Virus record (IMG/VR): IMGVR_UViG_3300013114_000374
Span: 1 to 27,229 of that record
Strand: one strand, 5' to 3'
DNA: 27,229 bases
Origin: a virus
Taxonomy: Duplodnaviria; Caudoviricetes
Shown: positions 8,503 to 16,867 of the stretch, in pieces
Layout: every line of letters starts with the position of its first letter
Position numbering within the stretch: position 1 is the stretch's first letter
The notes under the pieces: model-generated
Told to the model about the DNA's origin: nothing
The model's database searches: none
What the model saw: only the letters and a program-made list of their open reading frames with translations
Translations under genes and position numbers: made by a program

Positions 8503-9694
8503 CTTCTTCTTCTCCTTCTGTTGGTCTGCCGCCTTCGATTGGATTTACAGCAGATCCTGCTATATTTGCAGGAACTCTTATTTCTCCCGCCCCTTCTACC
8601 TCTTCATAATTTAATGCTTCTCTTGCTTCATTAGGTGTAATAATACCAGTATTAACAAGAGTTGAATAATATGCTGCAGAATCTCGCAGTTCCGGCTGAA
8701 GTGCGGGGATATCGCTTATATCAGGAGTAATTTCATAACCAAAAAATCTCTCCAAAGCTTTATCTACTTTTTCAATAATAGGCAGTATAGTTTCCAAATA
8801 ATACATTCTATGATTAGGTCTAATATTTGCATTATTACCTGAATCTAACATAAGGGGTGGAATACCTAATACTTTTAATACTTGTTTTTCTGCGGCTTCT
8901 ATAGAGGCTTCGAAGTCTAATTCTCTGAAATTTACATTAGATATGGCATCTAAATCCATTCCACCATCTAAAATCAATGGGCGTCTACCGCCACCGTTAG
9001 GTTGGTATCGAGTACGCCAAGATTGAATCATTCTTTCTTTATTTTTCTCACTAATAATAGAAGGGGACTTAATTACTAGACCAGGTACTGCTCCATTATC
9101 AAAGAAATTGTCTTGAAACTGTCTCATTTTAGTAAGTTGAGACATAGTTCTTACAGCCGCTCTTAATCTGCTGGTTCCTCTATAGATACTATGGAAACTA
9201 TTTTCTTTAATATGAATAATTTCTTTAGTGGAATAGTCTATAGAGGATTGAAAAGTGTATTTATTTATATAAGTATTCTTATCTGGATCAATATCAACAT
9301 AAGTAGCCGGTAAGTGATACAGCGAAGCCCCGTCAAAATAGATAAAGATATTTCCATCCAATATATAGTCGATTATGAGGTTTCGCTTAAAAGTAGATAT
9401 ATCTTGAAAAGGGTTTGGTTCTCGATTAAGAAGTAATTCTACTCTTGATCTTCGAACTCCTTTAGTCACCGGCATTATACCTGTAACTGGCTCACCTACT
9501 CTGAACGGAACTTCCGCTGTATCGTCAACTATCATGTTAACACCACGGTTAACAACTTCTAAATATTCATAATAGGCTTTATAATTAGTAATAATTTCAC
9601 GAGAAGCAATAGGGCCAGAACCTTCAAGGCTGACAACTATTTCTTCTTGTGCTGGATTTAATTTTTCTTCCTTCCAGAAATTATACCATGCCAT
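8495..9694 (-). CDS. Portal protein (HK97/T5 pb7 family)
   Basis: LLNREPNPFQ, FFDNGAVPGLVI, LGIPPLML, GIITPNEARE motifs. Confidence 0.96.
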   Translation of the reverse strand: MAWYNFWKEEKLNPAQEEIVVSLEGSGPIASREIITNYKAYYEYLEVVNRGVNMIVDDTAEVPFRVGEPVTGIMPVTKGVRRSRVELLLNREPNPFQDISTFKRNLIIDYILDGNIFIYFDGASLYHLPATYVDIDPDKNTYINKYTFQSSIDYSTKEIIHIKENSFHSIYRGTSRLRAAVRTMSQLTKMRQFQDNFFDNGAVPGLVIKSPSIISEKNKERMIQSWRTRYQPNGGGRRPLILDGGMDLDAISNVNFRELDFEASIEAAEKQVLKVLGIPPLMLDSGNNANIRPNHRMYYLETILPIIEKVDKALERFFGYEITPDISDIPALQPELRDSAAYYSTLVNTGIITPNEAREALNYEEVEGAGEIRVPANIAGSAVNPIEGGRPTEGEEEDA

Positions 9695-10067
9695 TTAATT
9701 TTTCTCTTTGTATTTCTACCCAGCGCATTTGTCTAGATGCTGTATGAAGTGGTGGATTTCTACCATATATTGAGTGTAATTTCAAATGATGATCGTGGCA
9801 AAGAGTTGCTGTATCATCATACAGCTCTGCCCAATTATCTTCGATAAACTCGTCGCGCCAAATGGTAATATATTCATCTGTATAATGTTCCGGACGCACC
9901 TGTGTTTTTTCTTTTAACCACTTTTCTAACAAGAGAACTAAGGTATGGTAATGATGAAAGTCTAACTTAATATTACTGTCACAAATTTCACAATTATTTC
10001 CTTTTTCGTATCGGGATTTTGCTCTATCTCTTATATATTTAATTCGATCTCTTTTTAGTTTTGCCAT
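9681..10067 (-). CDS. T5-like nicking HNH endonuclease of the packaging module
   Basis: KYIRDRAKSRY, CEIC, LDFHHY, TLCHDHHLKLHSIYG; lies between terL and portal as in T5. Confidence 0.85.
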   Translation of the reverse strand: MAKLKRDRIKYIRDRAKSRYEKGNNCEICDSNIKLDFHHYHTLVLLLEKWLKEKTQVRPEHYTDEYITIWRDEFIEDNWAELYDDTATLCHDHHLKLHSIYGRNPPLHTASRQMRWVEIQREKLNGMV

Positions 10068-10075
10068 TTTTAAAC

Positions 10076-10104
10076 ATTATACTCACAGGTTAGTTGAAAG
10101 TCAA
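10076..10104 (-). promoter_or_regulatory. Sigma70 promoter for the head operon
   Basis: TTGACT-17-TATAAT. Confidence 0.8.
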
Positions 10105-10141
10105 GAACTATTTTTTCGATGCGTTCAAAATTTCTAATTAT

Positions 10142-10516
10142 TTAGTCTTTTTTAATAGAGGGTATTGAACCTTCTAATAAATTTTTTATCTCGGGAACAG
10201 GCCAGCCTCCTTCTACACGTCGCCCTAGGTAATTACATAGAGCATCCGGAGACACTCCTTTTATCATAACTATATCAGTGCCTGTTATCTTTTCTGCGTT
10301 AAAAAAAGCTTTGTAGCAATTTATTCTATATTTAGCACCTTCTTTTTTATACATTTCGACAGTTGCTTCATATCTGTCCCACGCTTCATGCATATCCTTA
10401 GGAGTAGTTTCTCCAGTGGACACTCCCGGAATTTGTGCAGCTAACTGCTCCATAACATAAGGAGAAAGAGCTGCGCTGACATTAAAAGATAACAACAGCA
10501 ATATTAGTATTTTCAT
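10142..10516 (-). CDS. Hypothetical exported protein
   Basis: ATG 10516 right after the terL stop gives the signal peptide MKILILLLLSFNVSA. Confidence 0.65.
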   Translation of the reverse strand: MKILILLLLSFNVSAALSPYVMEQLAAQIPGVSTGETTPKDMHEAWDRYEATVEMYKKEGAKYRINCYKAFFNAEKITGTDIVMIKGVSPDALCNYLGRRVEGGWPVPEIKNLLEGSIPSIKKD

Positions 10517-10517
10517 T

Positions 10518-11798
10518 TTAGAAGGTCGGGGCGCTCTCCTCAAAACTATAGAGAGCATATCTTAGTGCATCGGCCATATGAGAAGAAGAATCATGTACGG
10601 GCTTCTCTCTTATTAAGTTGGGATTTGGATCCCATCTATATTGGTCGAGACAACGTAAAACTTCGGTGCATCCTTGATCTACTATTAATCTATCATTCTC
10701 TACCAGGGATGCTACATGTCCTATACCATCAACTTGGGATTTTTTAGCATTTATAGTAGAAATATCATAGTTCTGTGCAAAGTCAAATCTTGTTTGGGCC
10801 GCAGCAGCATCTATAAAACAATAATCTGCTTCTCTCCTTTCTATGATTTCTGCTAAAAATCCGGCGTGCTCTTCCGTTGTTCTTTCTGCCGCATAGTATT
10901 CTTCAATTACATAGTATTTATATTCATCGTAAGCAATGACACAAAACGCAGTTGGGTCTCTGAAACCTACATCAAGCCCACAAATAATATCCATGCCACT
11001 AAGGTCCATGGAAGATAAGTCTGCTATACACTTATCATAATTAAAGTTCCAAATTTGTCCTTCAAATATATTAAAATCTGCCTCATATTCTTGGGCAAAC
11101 TCTGCAGCGCTCATAGCTTTCCTGGCTTCTTCAATATCACTTTCAACTGCACGTGGGTTGTCTTGCCATGTAGCTTTAACGGAAGCCCACTCACTAAAAT
11201 CGTCTGTAAAACCTCTCTGGTAAAATCGACTGAACCAATTATTCCGACCCCGTGGCGTGCTGATAAACAGAGCTTTGGAACCTACCTTATCTAAAGTAGG
11301 TCTTATAGCTACATTAAAAGCTGTTTCTCCATCGGCCAACGCCGCCTCGTCAAATAGAACAAAGTCATACGAACGTCCAACAACAGAATCAATTTGATTT
11401 ACCGAACCAAGCCTAATAGTAGACCCATTAGATATTTCTATAACTCTGTCCTTCGCATTGTCTTTGGTTATTTCTAAATCAAAATGTTTTATTAGGTTTC
11501 TTTGCAAATCAAAACTAATATTAGATAAGTTATAATTTGGAGAAACTATTAAAACATGACACCCAGGAACTAAAGACACACACTGGGCTATAATATTTCC
11601 TATATACGTTTTACCTTGTCGTCTGGATAAAGCTCCCACCACAAAACGATATTTATCCGAATTTAGGGCGTTTATTAAGGCTATCTGAGAGGGTATCGCT
11701 TTGATACCAAGTAAGTCTAAATAGCCTTCAATGGGTACTTTTAAAAAAGTACCTGGTATTAATCTGTCTTGGACGATATCTCGTCTACTGATTTCCAT
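10518..11798 (-). CDS. terL: Terminase large subunit (T5-like)
   Basis: Walker A SRRQGKT, Walker B VLFDEAA, ISTPRG, nuclease GLDVGFRD and HMADALRYA; likely start MEISRR. Confidence 0.97.
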   Translation of the reverse strand: MEISRRDIVQDRLIPGTFLKVPIEGYLDLLGIKAIPSQIALINALNSDKYRFVVGALSRRQGKTYIGNIIAQCVSLVPGCHVLIVSPNYNLSNISFDLQRNLIKHFDLEITKDNAKDRVIEISNGSTIRLGSVNQIDSVVGRSYDFVLFDEAALADGETAFNVAIRPTLDKVGSKALFISTPRGRNNWFSRFYQRGFTDDFSEWASVKATWQDNPRAVESDIEEARKAMSAAEFAQEYEADFNIFEGQIWNFNYDKCIADLSSMDLSGMDIICGLDVGFRDPTAFCVIAYDEYKYYVIEEYYAAERTTEEHAGFLAEIIERREADYCFIDAAAAQTRFDFAQNYDISTINAKKSQVDGIGHVASLVENDRLIVDQGCTEVLRCLDQYRWDPNPNLIREKPVHDSSSHMADALRYALYSFEESAPTF

Positions 11799-12016
11799 AA
11801 TTCTTTGCACTCGCAAGGTTCAGCGTTACATTCAGGACAGATACTAGACCATCCTCTCAATCTTTCTAAAGGAGACCACTCCTTTTGTTCTTTTGTTGTA
11901 GTCTCTGTAGCTGGAGGAACTGAATCAGGATCTGCGTCCCAGGCTTCTTCATAAGTCTTATATTTTTTAGCACTTCCAGATACTTTCCACATATTTCTTT
12001 TTTGAAAAACTGTCAT
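11759..12016 (-). CDS. Hypothetical protein with Cys cluster (CPECNAEPCEC)
   Basis: 85 aa, abuts the upstream gene, co-oriented. Confidence 0.65.
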   Translation of the reverse strand: MTVFQKRNMWKVSGSAKKYKTYEEAWDADPDSVPPATETTTKEQKEWSPLERLRGWSSICPECNAEPCECKELWKSVDEISSKTD

Positions 12017-12301
12017 TTACATCCCCGTCGAGATAGAAAGAATTGTTCCTGCTAAAAATACTATGGTAGTGCCACTTACAGTAATTACTAATTTATGCAG
12101 GCTTTCTATTCTCGCTTTGAGTTCTTGATTAGTGACAATTTGTGTGTCTCTCAATTCTCGAAACTCGTTAAAGATTGTTTTCCACCTTTCTTCTCCCACA
12201 GCATCGTGCGTGTAGAAGTCTTGTCTGAGCTGACGATGGTCAACCCACAGGTTATCTAAATCTTTTTGAATTTTTTCTAAACTATCCGCTTGTGGGTCCA
12301 A
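12017..12301 (-). CDS. Coiled-coil protein with C-terminal transmembrane helix (XhlA/holin-like architecture)
   Basis: Heptad-rich N-terminus, hydrophobic tail LVITVSGTTIVFLAGTILSI. Confidence 0.6.
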   Translation of the reverse strand: MDPQADSLEKIQKDLDNLWVDHRQLRQDFYTHDAVGEERWKTIFNEFRELRDTQIVTNQELKARIESLHKLVITVSGTTIVFLAGTILSISTGM

Positions 12302-12716
12302 GTAACTTCTCCATTAGCTTTCCATAATTTCCTTCGCCAAAGGGAGAATTGATTTGCACATTCTGCTGTCTGATGTTAGTAGCAGTAGTGGAAGTCTTTT
12401 TATGATCTTCCGAAATTTTATGCGCTAGTGCAATAATATCGACGAGGTCTTTTGATGAGTACTGATCGGACTCGCGGGCCTCTTCTAGTTTTTTCTCTAT
12501 TACTTCATCTAAAAGGTCTGCGAGTCGGAATCTGTTGCGATACCCTTGGTCGAGATAGACCGAGTTGACATATTCTTTTACTTCGCTCTTTTCAAGAACG
12601 TTATAAACTTTATCGGGAGTAACTCCTAGTTGATTCGCCGCCGTAAGTGCGGAGCCTGTAGAGAGATATGCGTTAGCCACCTCTAGATTTTCTGGAGCTA
12701 ATTTTACAAGTTTCAT
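12282..12716 (-). CDS. terS: Terminase small subunit (T5-like)
   Basis: LAPENLEVANAYL HTH, DQGYRNR, YSSKDLVDII, NYGKLMEKL; synteny. Confidence 0.88.
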   Translation of the reverse strand: MKLVKLAPENLEVANAYLSTGSALTAANQLGVTPDKVYNVLEKSEVKEYVNSVYLDQGYRNRFRLADLLDEVIEKKLEEARESDQYSSKDLVDIIALAHKISEDHKKTSTTATNIRQQNVQINSPFGEGNYGKLMEKLLGPTSG

Positions 12717-12722
12717 GAGATT

Positions 12723-12751
12723 ATTCTACGGCATTAAGACCTAAAAGTCAA
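12723..12751 (-). promoter_or_regulatory. Sigma70 promoter for terS (leaderless mRNA predicted)
   Basis: TTGACT-17-TAGAAT; ATG begins 7 nt after the -10. Confidence 0.75.
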
Positions 12752-12772
12752 GAATTATTTTTTCTAGGTTCG

Positions 12773-13957
12773 TTAGCTACCAAACTGATTCGTTGCTGTT
12801 AAGATAATATTAGAAGAAGTTTCTATTATAGTAGCATCGGACCCCGCTGTAGATATATCAACCCTAAAAGTAATAGAATCAGATGCAAATCCTGCGCCAT
12901 CCCTTTGTATTCCAAAATCTCTTTGGGCATTTAATTGAAGCCAAGTATTATCAGCACTACCATATACAGTTCCAATACCTGTAGGCCCTGAAATAATAGT
13001 GAACTTAACATAATAATTACTTCCAACTCCTACAGCTGGCGCCGTATACCAATCTTCATCCGTAATATTACCACCAAGCCCAGTACTCCTGTACCCAATA
13101 GAATTTCCATCTGTTAGCAGACTAAGATAACAAATTACAACTGTCTCAGAAGCGCCAGAAAAGCTCCAAGAGGTTGTAACTACCCCACAATCATCGGCTA
13201 CTCCTGGTGTAGTCTTAACTACTGTAACACTATTAGAAGAAGTTTCATCCGGGCTAGGGGTTTCATCAATTGCTCTAGCTCTATAATAATAGGCTGTCTT
13301 AGCTGTAAGCCCCGTTTTAGTATAACTTGTAGTTCCTATAGACAAATTTTCAGTAACAAAAGAACTAAAATCAACTAAAGTAGAAATATCTAATTTATGA
13401 TCTTCCGCTCCGGCAGAGGCAGTATAACTAAAGGTTTGAGAAGTCTCTGAAACATTTGCTATTGAAAGAGCTGTAGGAGGCTGAAGGCTGCTACCACCAC
13501 TTCCTGCGCCCTCTTGGTTTATTCCTAGGGTAAAAATTCTGTAAGTTTTTTGAGAACTATCTTGGTTGAATACTTTTAATGTTGTTTTTGTGATTTCCCA
13601 ATAAAATCCAGCATCATCAAAATCTGGGTAAGTTCCAGTTATATCCGCTCCCCAGTTATCTAATACTGTGAAATTATCGGATATGAAGTCATTGGCAGAA
13701 ACTTTTTCAAAACCTACGGTGAGAGGTATAATAGTAAGTGCGGAAGAGAAAGTATGTGTGTATGATGAGTTTGCACTTACTGTTATGTCATAAATATTTT
13801 TTACAAAAAATCCATCTGTAGGGTATAACGTATCAAATAATAATTTATCAGTAGTTTGTAAAGCAGTTCCATTTATAGCATCTTGTCCAGCTTTAGAAAT
13901 TCTAAGTCCGTAATTAGTTCCATTATCTAAATTTCCTATAATAACTCTGTCGTTCAT
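12773..13957 (-). CDS. Putative tail-tip / receptor-binding protein with fibronectin type III domain
   Basis: At the T5 pb5 position; FN3 signature PPTALSI...TSYTKTGLTAKTAYYYRARAI; N-terminus shared with two neighbours. Confidence 0.7.
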   Translation of the reverse strand: MNDRVIIGNLDNGTNYGLRISKAGQDAINGTALQTTDKLLFDTLYPTDGFFVKNIYDITVSANSSYTHTFSSALTIIPLTVGFEKVSANDFISDNFTVLDNWGADITGTYPDFDDAGFYWEITKTTLKVFNQDSSQKTYRIFTLGINQEGAGSGGSSLQPPTALSIANVSETSQTFSYTASAGAEDHKLDISTLVDFSSFVTENLSIGTTSYTKTGLTAKTAYYYRARAIDETPSPDETSSNSVTVVKTTPGVADDCGVVTTSWSFSGASETVVICYLSLLTDGNSIGYRSTGLGGNITDEDWYTAPAVGVGSNYYVKFTIISGPTGIGTVYGSADNTWLQLNAQRDFGIQRDGAGFASDSITFRVDISTAGSDATIIETSSNIILTATNQFGS

Positions 13958-14361
13958 GAAGCCTCCATATCACTAATAATGTAACCTATTTCTACTGCGC
14001 TTCCAGTGCTATTATCAAAAGTCAGGGTTCCTGTAGTACCTGTAACAGATTGAGTAACTTCTATTTCTCCCATGATAAGAGGGTCAGCAGAAGAAAGTTT
14101 AGTACTAGAAGTATACCACCATAGTACTAAACTTTTCTTTCCATTTACAGCGGTGAAGCCTATGTTATTTACTCCGGAGCTTAAAGTGACAGTAGTAGCA
14201 GATAAAACTTGACCATAAGGATTACGTGAGTCGAATAAAAGATCATTCGTCCCAGCTAAAACTCCTGCAGTAATGACGGATACTCCCGGTTTACTAACCC
14301 AAAGGCCATAAACATCAGAAGTACCATCATTAGCTTTTCCTACTACTACCCTATCTGCCAT
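13954..14361 (-). CDS. Putative tail-tip protein, paralogue 2
   Basis: N-terminal DRVVVG..YGLWVSKPG..LLFDS; beta-rich. Confidence 0.65.
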   Translation of the reverse strand: MADRVVVGKANDGTSDVYGLWVSKPGVSVITAGVLAGTNDLLFDSRNPYGQVLSATTVTLSSGVNNIGFTAVNGKKSLVLWWYTSSTKLSSADPLIMGEIEVTQSVTGTTGTLTFDNSTGSAVEIGYIISDMEAS

Positions 14362-14487
14362 TTATTTCTGGTTTTGAGAACCACCACCTCCGCCACCTCC
14401 GTGGCCACCACTACCTCCACCACCTTTTTTCTTATAGATATAATAGACTACTGCGCCTACCAATACTAATGCGATTATTGCTTCCAT
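14362..14487 (-). CDS. 41-aa membrane protein with Gly-rich tail (absent from the ORF track)
   Basis: SD AAGGAGGT; MEAIIALVLVGAVVYYIYKKKGGGGSGGHGGGGGGGSQNQK; stop abuts the next ATG. Confidence 0.8.
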   Translation of the reverse strand: MEAIIALVLVGAVVYYIYKKKGGGGSGGHGGGGGGGSQNQK

Positions 14488-14496
14488 ATTACCTCC

Positions 14497-15048
14497 TTAT
14501 GGCCCCGCTGAAACGAGGGTTGACTTGCTGGTATCACCAGCGGCTAAGATAAAATACTTAAAAGTATTTGTCCCATTTAGTCCAAAATTTCGGCCACTCC
14601 ACTCACTTTTAAATCTTCTGCCAGTTATCTTAAATTGTTTGTTCGCATGGTCTAAAGTAAGATGAGATTCATTAAAATTGCAAGTATTCATTAATACAGG
14701 CACTCTTTCTCCTGCATCTTCTATATAAGTAGCTTCGCGAGCATAGGTAGCTTGCCCAATAGAACCAATAGCAGTTCCATCTATACGCATATAAATAATT
14801 AGAGGAGGATAAGAAAGAGATAGAGAGGAATAAGCTTCCCAAGAAGAGTCTGCGGAACTAAATTCACCCTCTGTAGGGGAAGGCATTGTAACGGTAACTG
14901 TGCCAGATTGAAGTACATTGAAAGATTCAGTATCGTCAGAATTAAACATTAATTCAGCATCGGTAGCCGAGGTAACATCTACGGTAGGTTTAGATACATA
15001 AAGACCGTAATCTGTTCCTCGTTTACCAATTAATACTCTTTCAGCCAT
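14497..15048 (-). CDS. Putative tail-tip protein, paralogue 3
   Basis: N-terminal ERVLIG..YGLYVSKPT..LMFNS; SD GGAGAG. Confidence 0.65.
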   Translation of the reverse strand: MAERVLIGKRGTDYGLYVSKPTVDVTSATDAELMFNSDDTESFNVLQSGTVTVTMPSPTEGEFSSADSSWEAYSSLSLSYPPLIIYMRIDGTAIGSIGQATYAREATYIEDAGERVPVLMNTCNFNESHLTLDHANKQFKITGRRFKSEWSGRNFGLNGTNTFKYFILAAGDTSKSTLVSAGP

Positions 15049-15071
15049 AAAGTTCTCTCCATTTAAAATCC

Positions 15072-15100
15072 ATTATACTAACAATGGACAAAAATGTCAA
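15072..15100 (-). promoter_or_regulatory. Sigma70 promoter for the tail-tip trio
   Basis: TTGACA-17-TATAAT. Confidence 0.82.
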
Positions 15101-15117
15101 GAACTTTTTTTACCTAC

Positions 15118-16359
15118 CTATTTAGAAATACAAGACTCACTAGCAGTATTATAGTTACCGCAATTCAAAGTCTTCCAATCAGATACTAAAACAGAGGAAT
15201 CGGGGAGGAAGTCAGACCAAGCATCACCAGGAACTAACTCTGTTTCATAAACAATATCGAACATACCATCACCTGTAATTTCACCAATAAGGACTGGTTT
15301 GGTTATGTGGTGGTTCGGCAACATTGTGGCAACTCCACCTGACAAATTGGGCACGCTAATACCAAGAATAGACTCTTGTACTGCAGCGGGGTCGGTGGAA
15401 CCAGCGGCTTCGACCGCAGCTACCCACATATTGAACCCAATGTATGTAGCTTCCATAGGGTCATTAGTCACTCTATCATTACCAACATAATCTAACCAAG
15501 TGTCTATGAAGTCATCATTTACTTCGGAATCAACATTCATAAAATAATTCCAAGCTGCTAAATGCCCTACTAAAGAAGAAGTGTCTAAACCAGAAAGCTC
15601 TTCCTCTCCTACGCTAAAGGCAACTACAGGAATATTTTCAGGATTTATACCAGCATTTCCAAGTTCTTTATAGAACGGAATATTGGCGTCTCCGTTGATA
15701 GTTGATACAACTGCTGTTTTCTTTCCGGCAGACCCAAACTTTTTAATATTTGATACAATTGACTGCCAGTCTGAATGACCAAACGGGGTATAAGAAATCA
15801 TAATGTCGTCAGGCGAAACTCCGTTCTGCTGTAAGTATGCGTCTAAAATTTTATTCGTAGTGCGGGGATATACATAATCTGTCCCTGCGAGAACCCAACG
15901 GGTGACGCCGAGGTCCATTAAATAGTCTACGGCTGGTATAGCTTGTTGGTTGGGCGCAGCTCCAGTATAAAATACATTCTTCGAAGATTCTTCTCCTTCG
16001 TACTGAACTGGGTAAAATAGTAATCCGTTTAACTCTTCGAAAACGGGTAGGACTGACTTGCGAGAAACTGAGGTCCAGCATCCGAATACCACGTCTACTT
16101 TCTCTTTTTCGAGAAGCTCTCGCGCTTTCTCTGCAAAAAGAGGCCAGTTGCTTGCTGGGTCTACGACAACTGGTTCCAACTTTCTTCCGAGTACGCCTCC
16201 TTTGGCGTTTTGTTGCTCTATGAGCATTAATACTGTATCTTTAAGTGTAGTTTCTGAAATCGCCATAGTTCCTGAGAGCGAATGTAAGACTCCTACTTTA
16301 ATGGGTTCTTGTGCTGCTACGGGTAATGCTAATAATAGTAAAAATAAAAATTTTTTGAT
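15118..16359 (-). CDS. urtA: Urea ABC transporter substrate-binding protein, 413 aa including signal peptide
   Basis: IKVGVLHSLSGTMAISE, VDPASNWPLFAEKA, FGCWTSVSRKSVLPVFE, YPVQYEGEE, GTDYVYPRTTN are UrtA signatures; the frame extends 31 codons upstream of ATG 16266 to an ATC preceded by SD AAGGAG. Confidence 0.95.
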   Translation of the reverse strand: MKKFLFLLLLALPVAAQEPIKVGVLHSLSGTMAISETTLKDTVLMLIEQQNAKGGVLGRKLEPVVVDPASNWPLFAEKARELLEKEKVDVVFGCWTSVSRKSVLPVFEELNGLLFYPVQYEGEESSKNVFYTGAAPNQQAIPAVDYLMDLGVTRWVLAGTDYVYPRTTNKILDAYLQQNGVSPDDIMISYTPFGHSDWQSIVSNIKKFGSAGKKTAVVSTINGDANIPFYKELGNAGINPENIPVVAFSVGEEELSGLDTSSLVGHLAAWNYFMNVDSEVNDDFIDTWLDYVGNDRVTNDPMEATYIGFNMWVAAVEAAGSTDPAAVQESILGISVPNLSGGVATMLPNHHITKPVLIGEITGDGMFDIVYETELVPGDAWSDFLPDSSVLVSDWKTLNCGNYNTASESCISK

Positions 16360-16389
16360 GTGATACTCCTTGTTGTGTGAATTTCGAGT

Positions 16390-16418
16390 ATTATACCATG
16401 AGCGAGTTAGTAAGTCAA
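16390..16418 (-). promoter_or_regulatory. Sigma70 promoter for urtA
   Basis: TTGACT-17-TATAAT. Confidence 0.82.
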
Positions 16419-16579
16419 GATTTATTTTGCTCTTTGCATATCCGCGTTTTTATGATAAAAACAAATACGTTTTTATGGTTTTAAGCGCCTTTATTGGTTG
16501 TAAATTTCTTAAAGTTGCGCGTGAAAAGGGGTCTGCGCGGGCGCGTCATCACTGAGTCGTATAACCGGCCACTACCTAC

Positions 16580-16662
16580 ATCATCCTGGGTGATGGGGTC
16601 AGGTGTTGAGCGATCATCACTCACAATGATAGGGTCAGGTGTTGGTATCATCCTGGGTGATG
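16580..16662. repeat. A-B-spacer-B-A direct repeats at the strand switch
   Basis: ATCATCCTGGGTGATG at 16580 and 16647; GGGTCAGGTGTTG at 16596 and 16632. Confidence 0.85.
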
Positions 16663-16707
16663 ATGATTTTGGTTATAAGAACCTGGGCCTTTATGCTAAA
16701 ACGGTAT

Positions 16708-16849
16708 TGGACAATTGAGGGACTAGGTGAGATACTATGCACATATTAACAAGAGGGGATGAACATAAGGATATAACTAATTGGTATAAAAAGATGCAAA
16801 TAAAGCTTTACATTTGCAACTGGATATGCTCTAATATACACATATTAAC
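16708..16849 (+). promoter_or_regulatory. Two tandem pre-early-type promoters
   Basis: TGGACA-17-GATACT (16708-16736) and TTTACA-17-TCTAAT (16807-16835), each followed by CACATATTAAC. Confidence 0.65.
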
Positions 16850-16867
16850 TTGATAAGGAATGAAAAT

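Noticed and set aside
667-11954. Short + strand ORFs inside the structural block (667, 2754, 3667, 4329, 4875, 7395, 7663, 10565, 11055, 11769)
   Set aside because: Antisense shadows of well-supported - strand genes, with no recognisable motifs.
15118-16359. urtA as host contamination or a prophage boundary
   Set aside because: Flanked by phage-type promoters and phage genes on both sides, with no urtB or integrase; still needs read confirmation.
15299-16718. ORFs 15299, 15851, 16058, 16370, 16494
   Set aside because: Overlap urtA, its promoter or the repeat element; no coding features.
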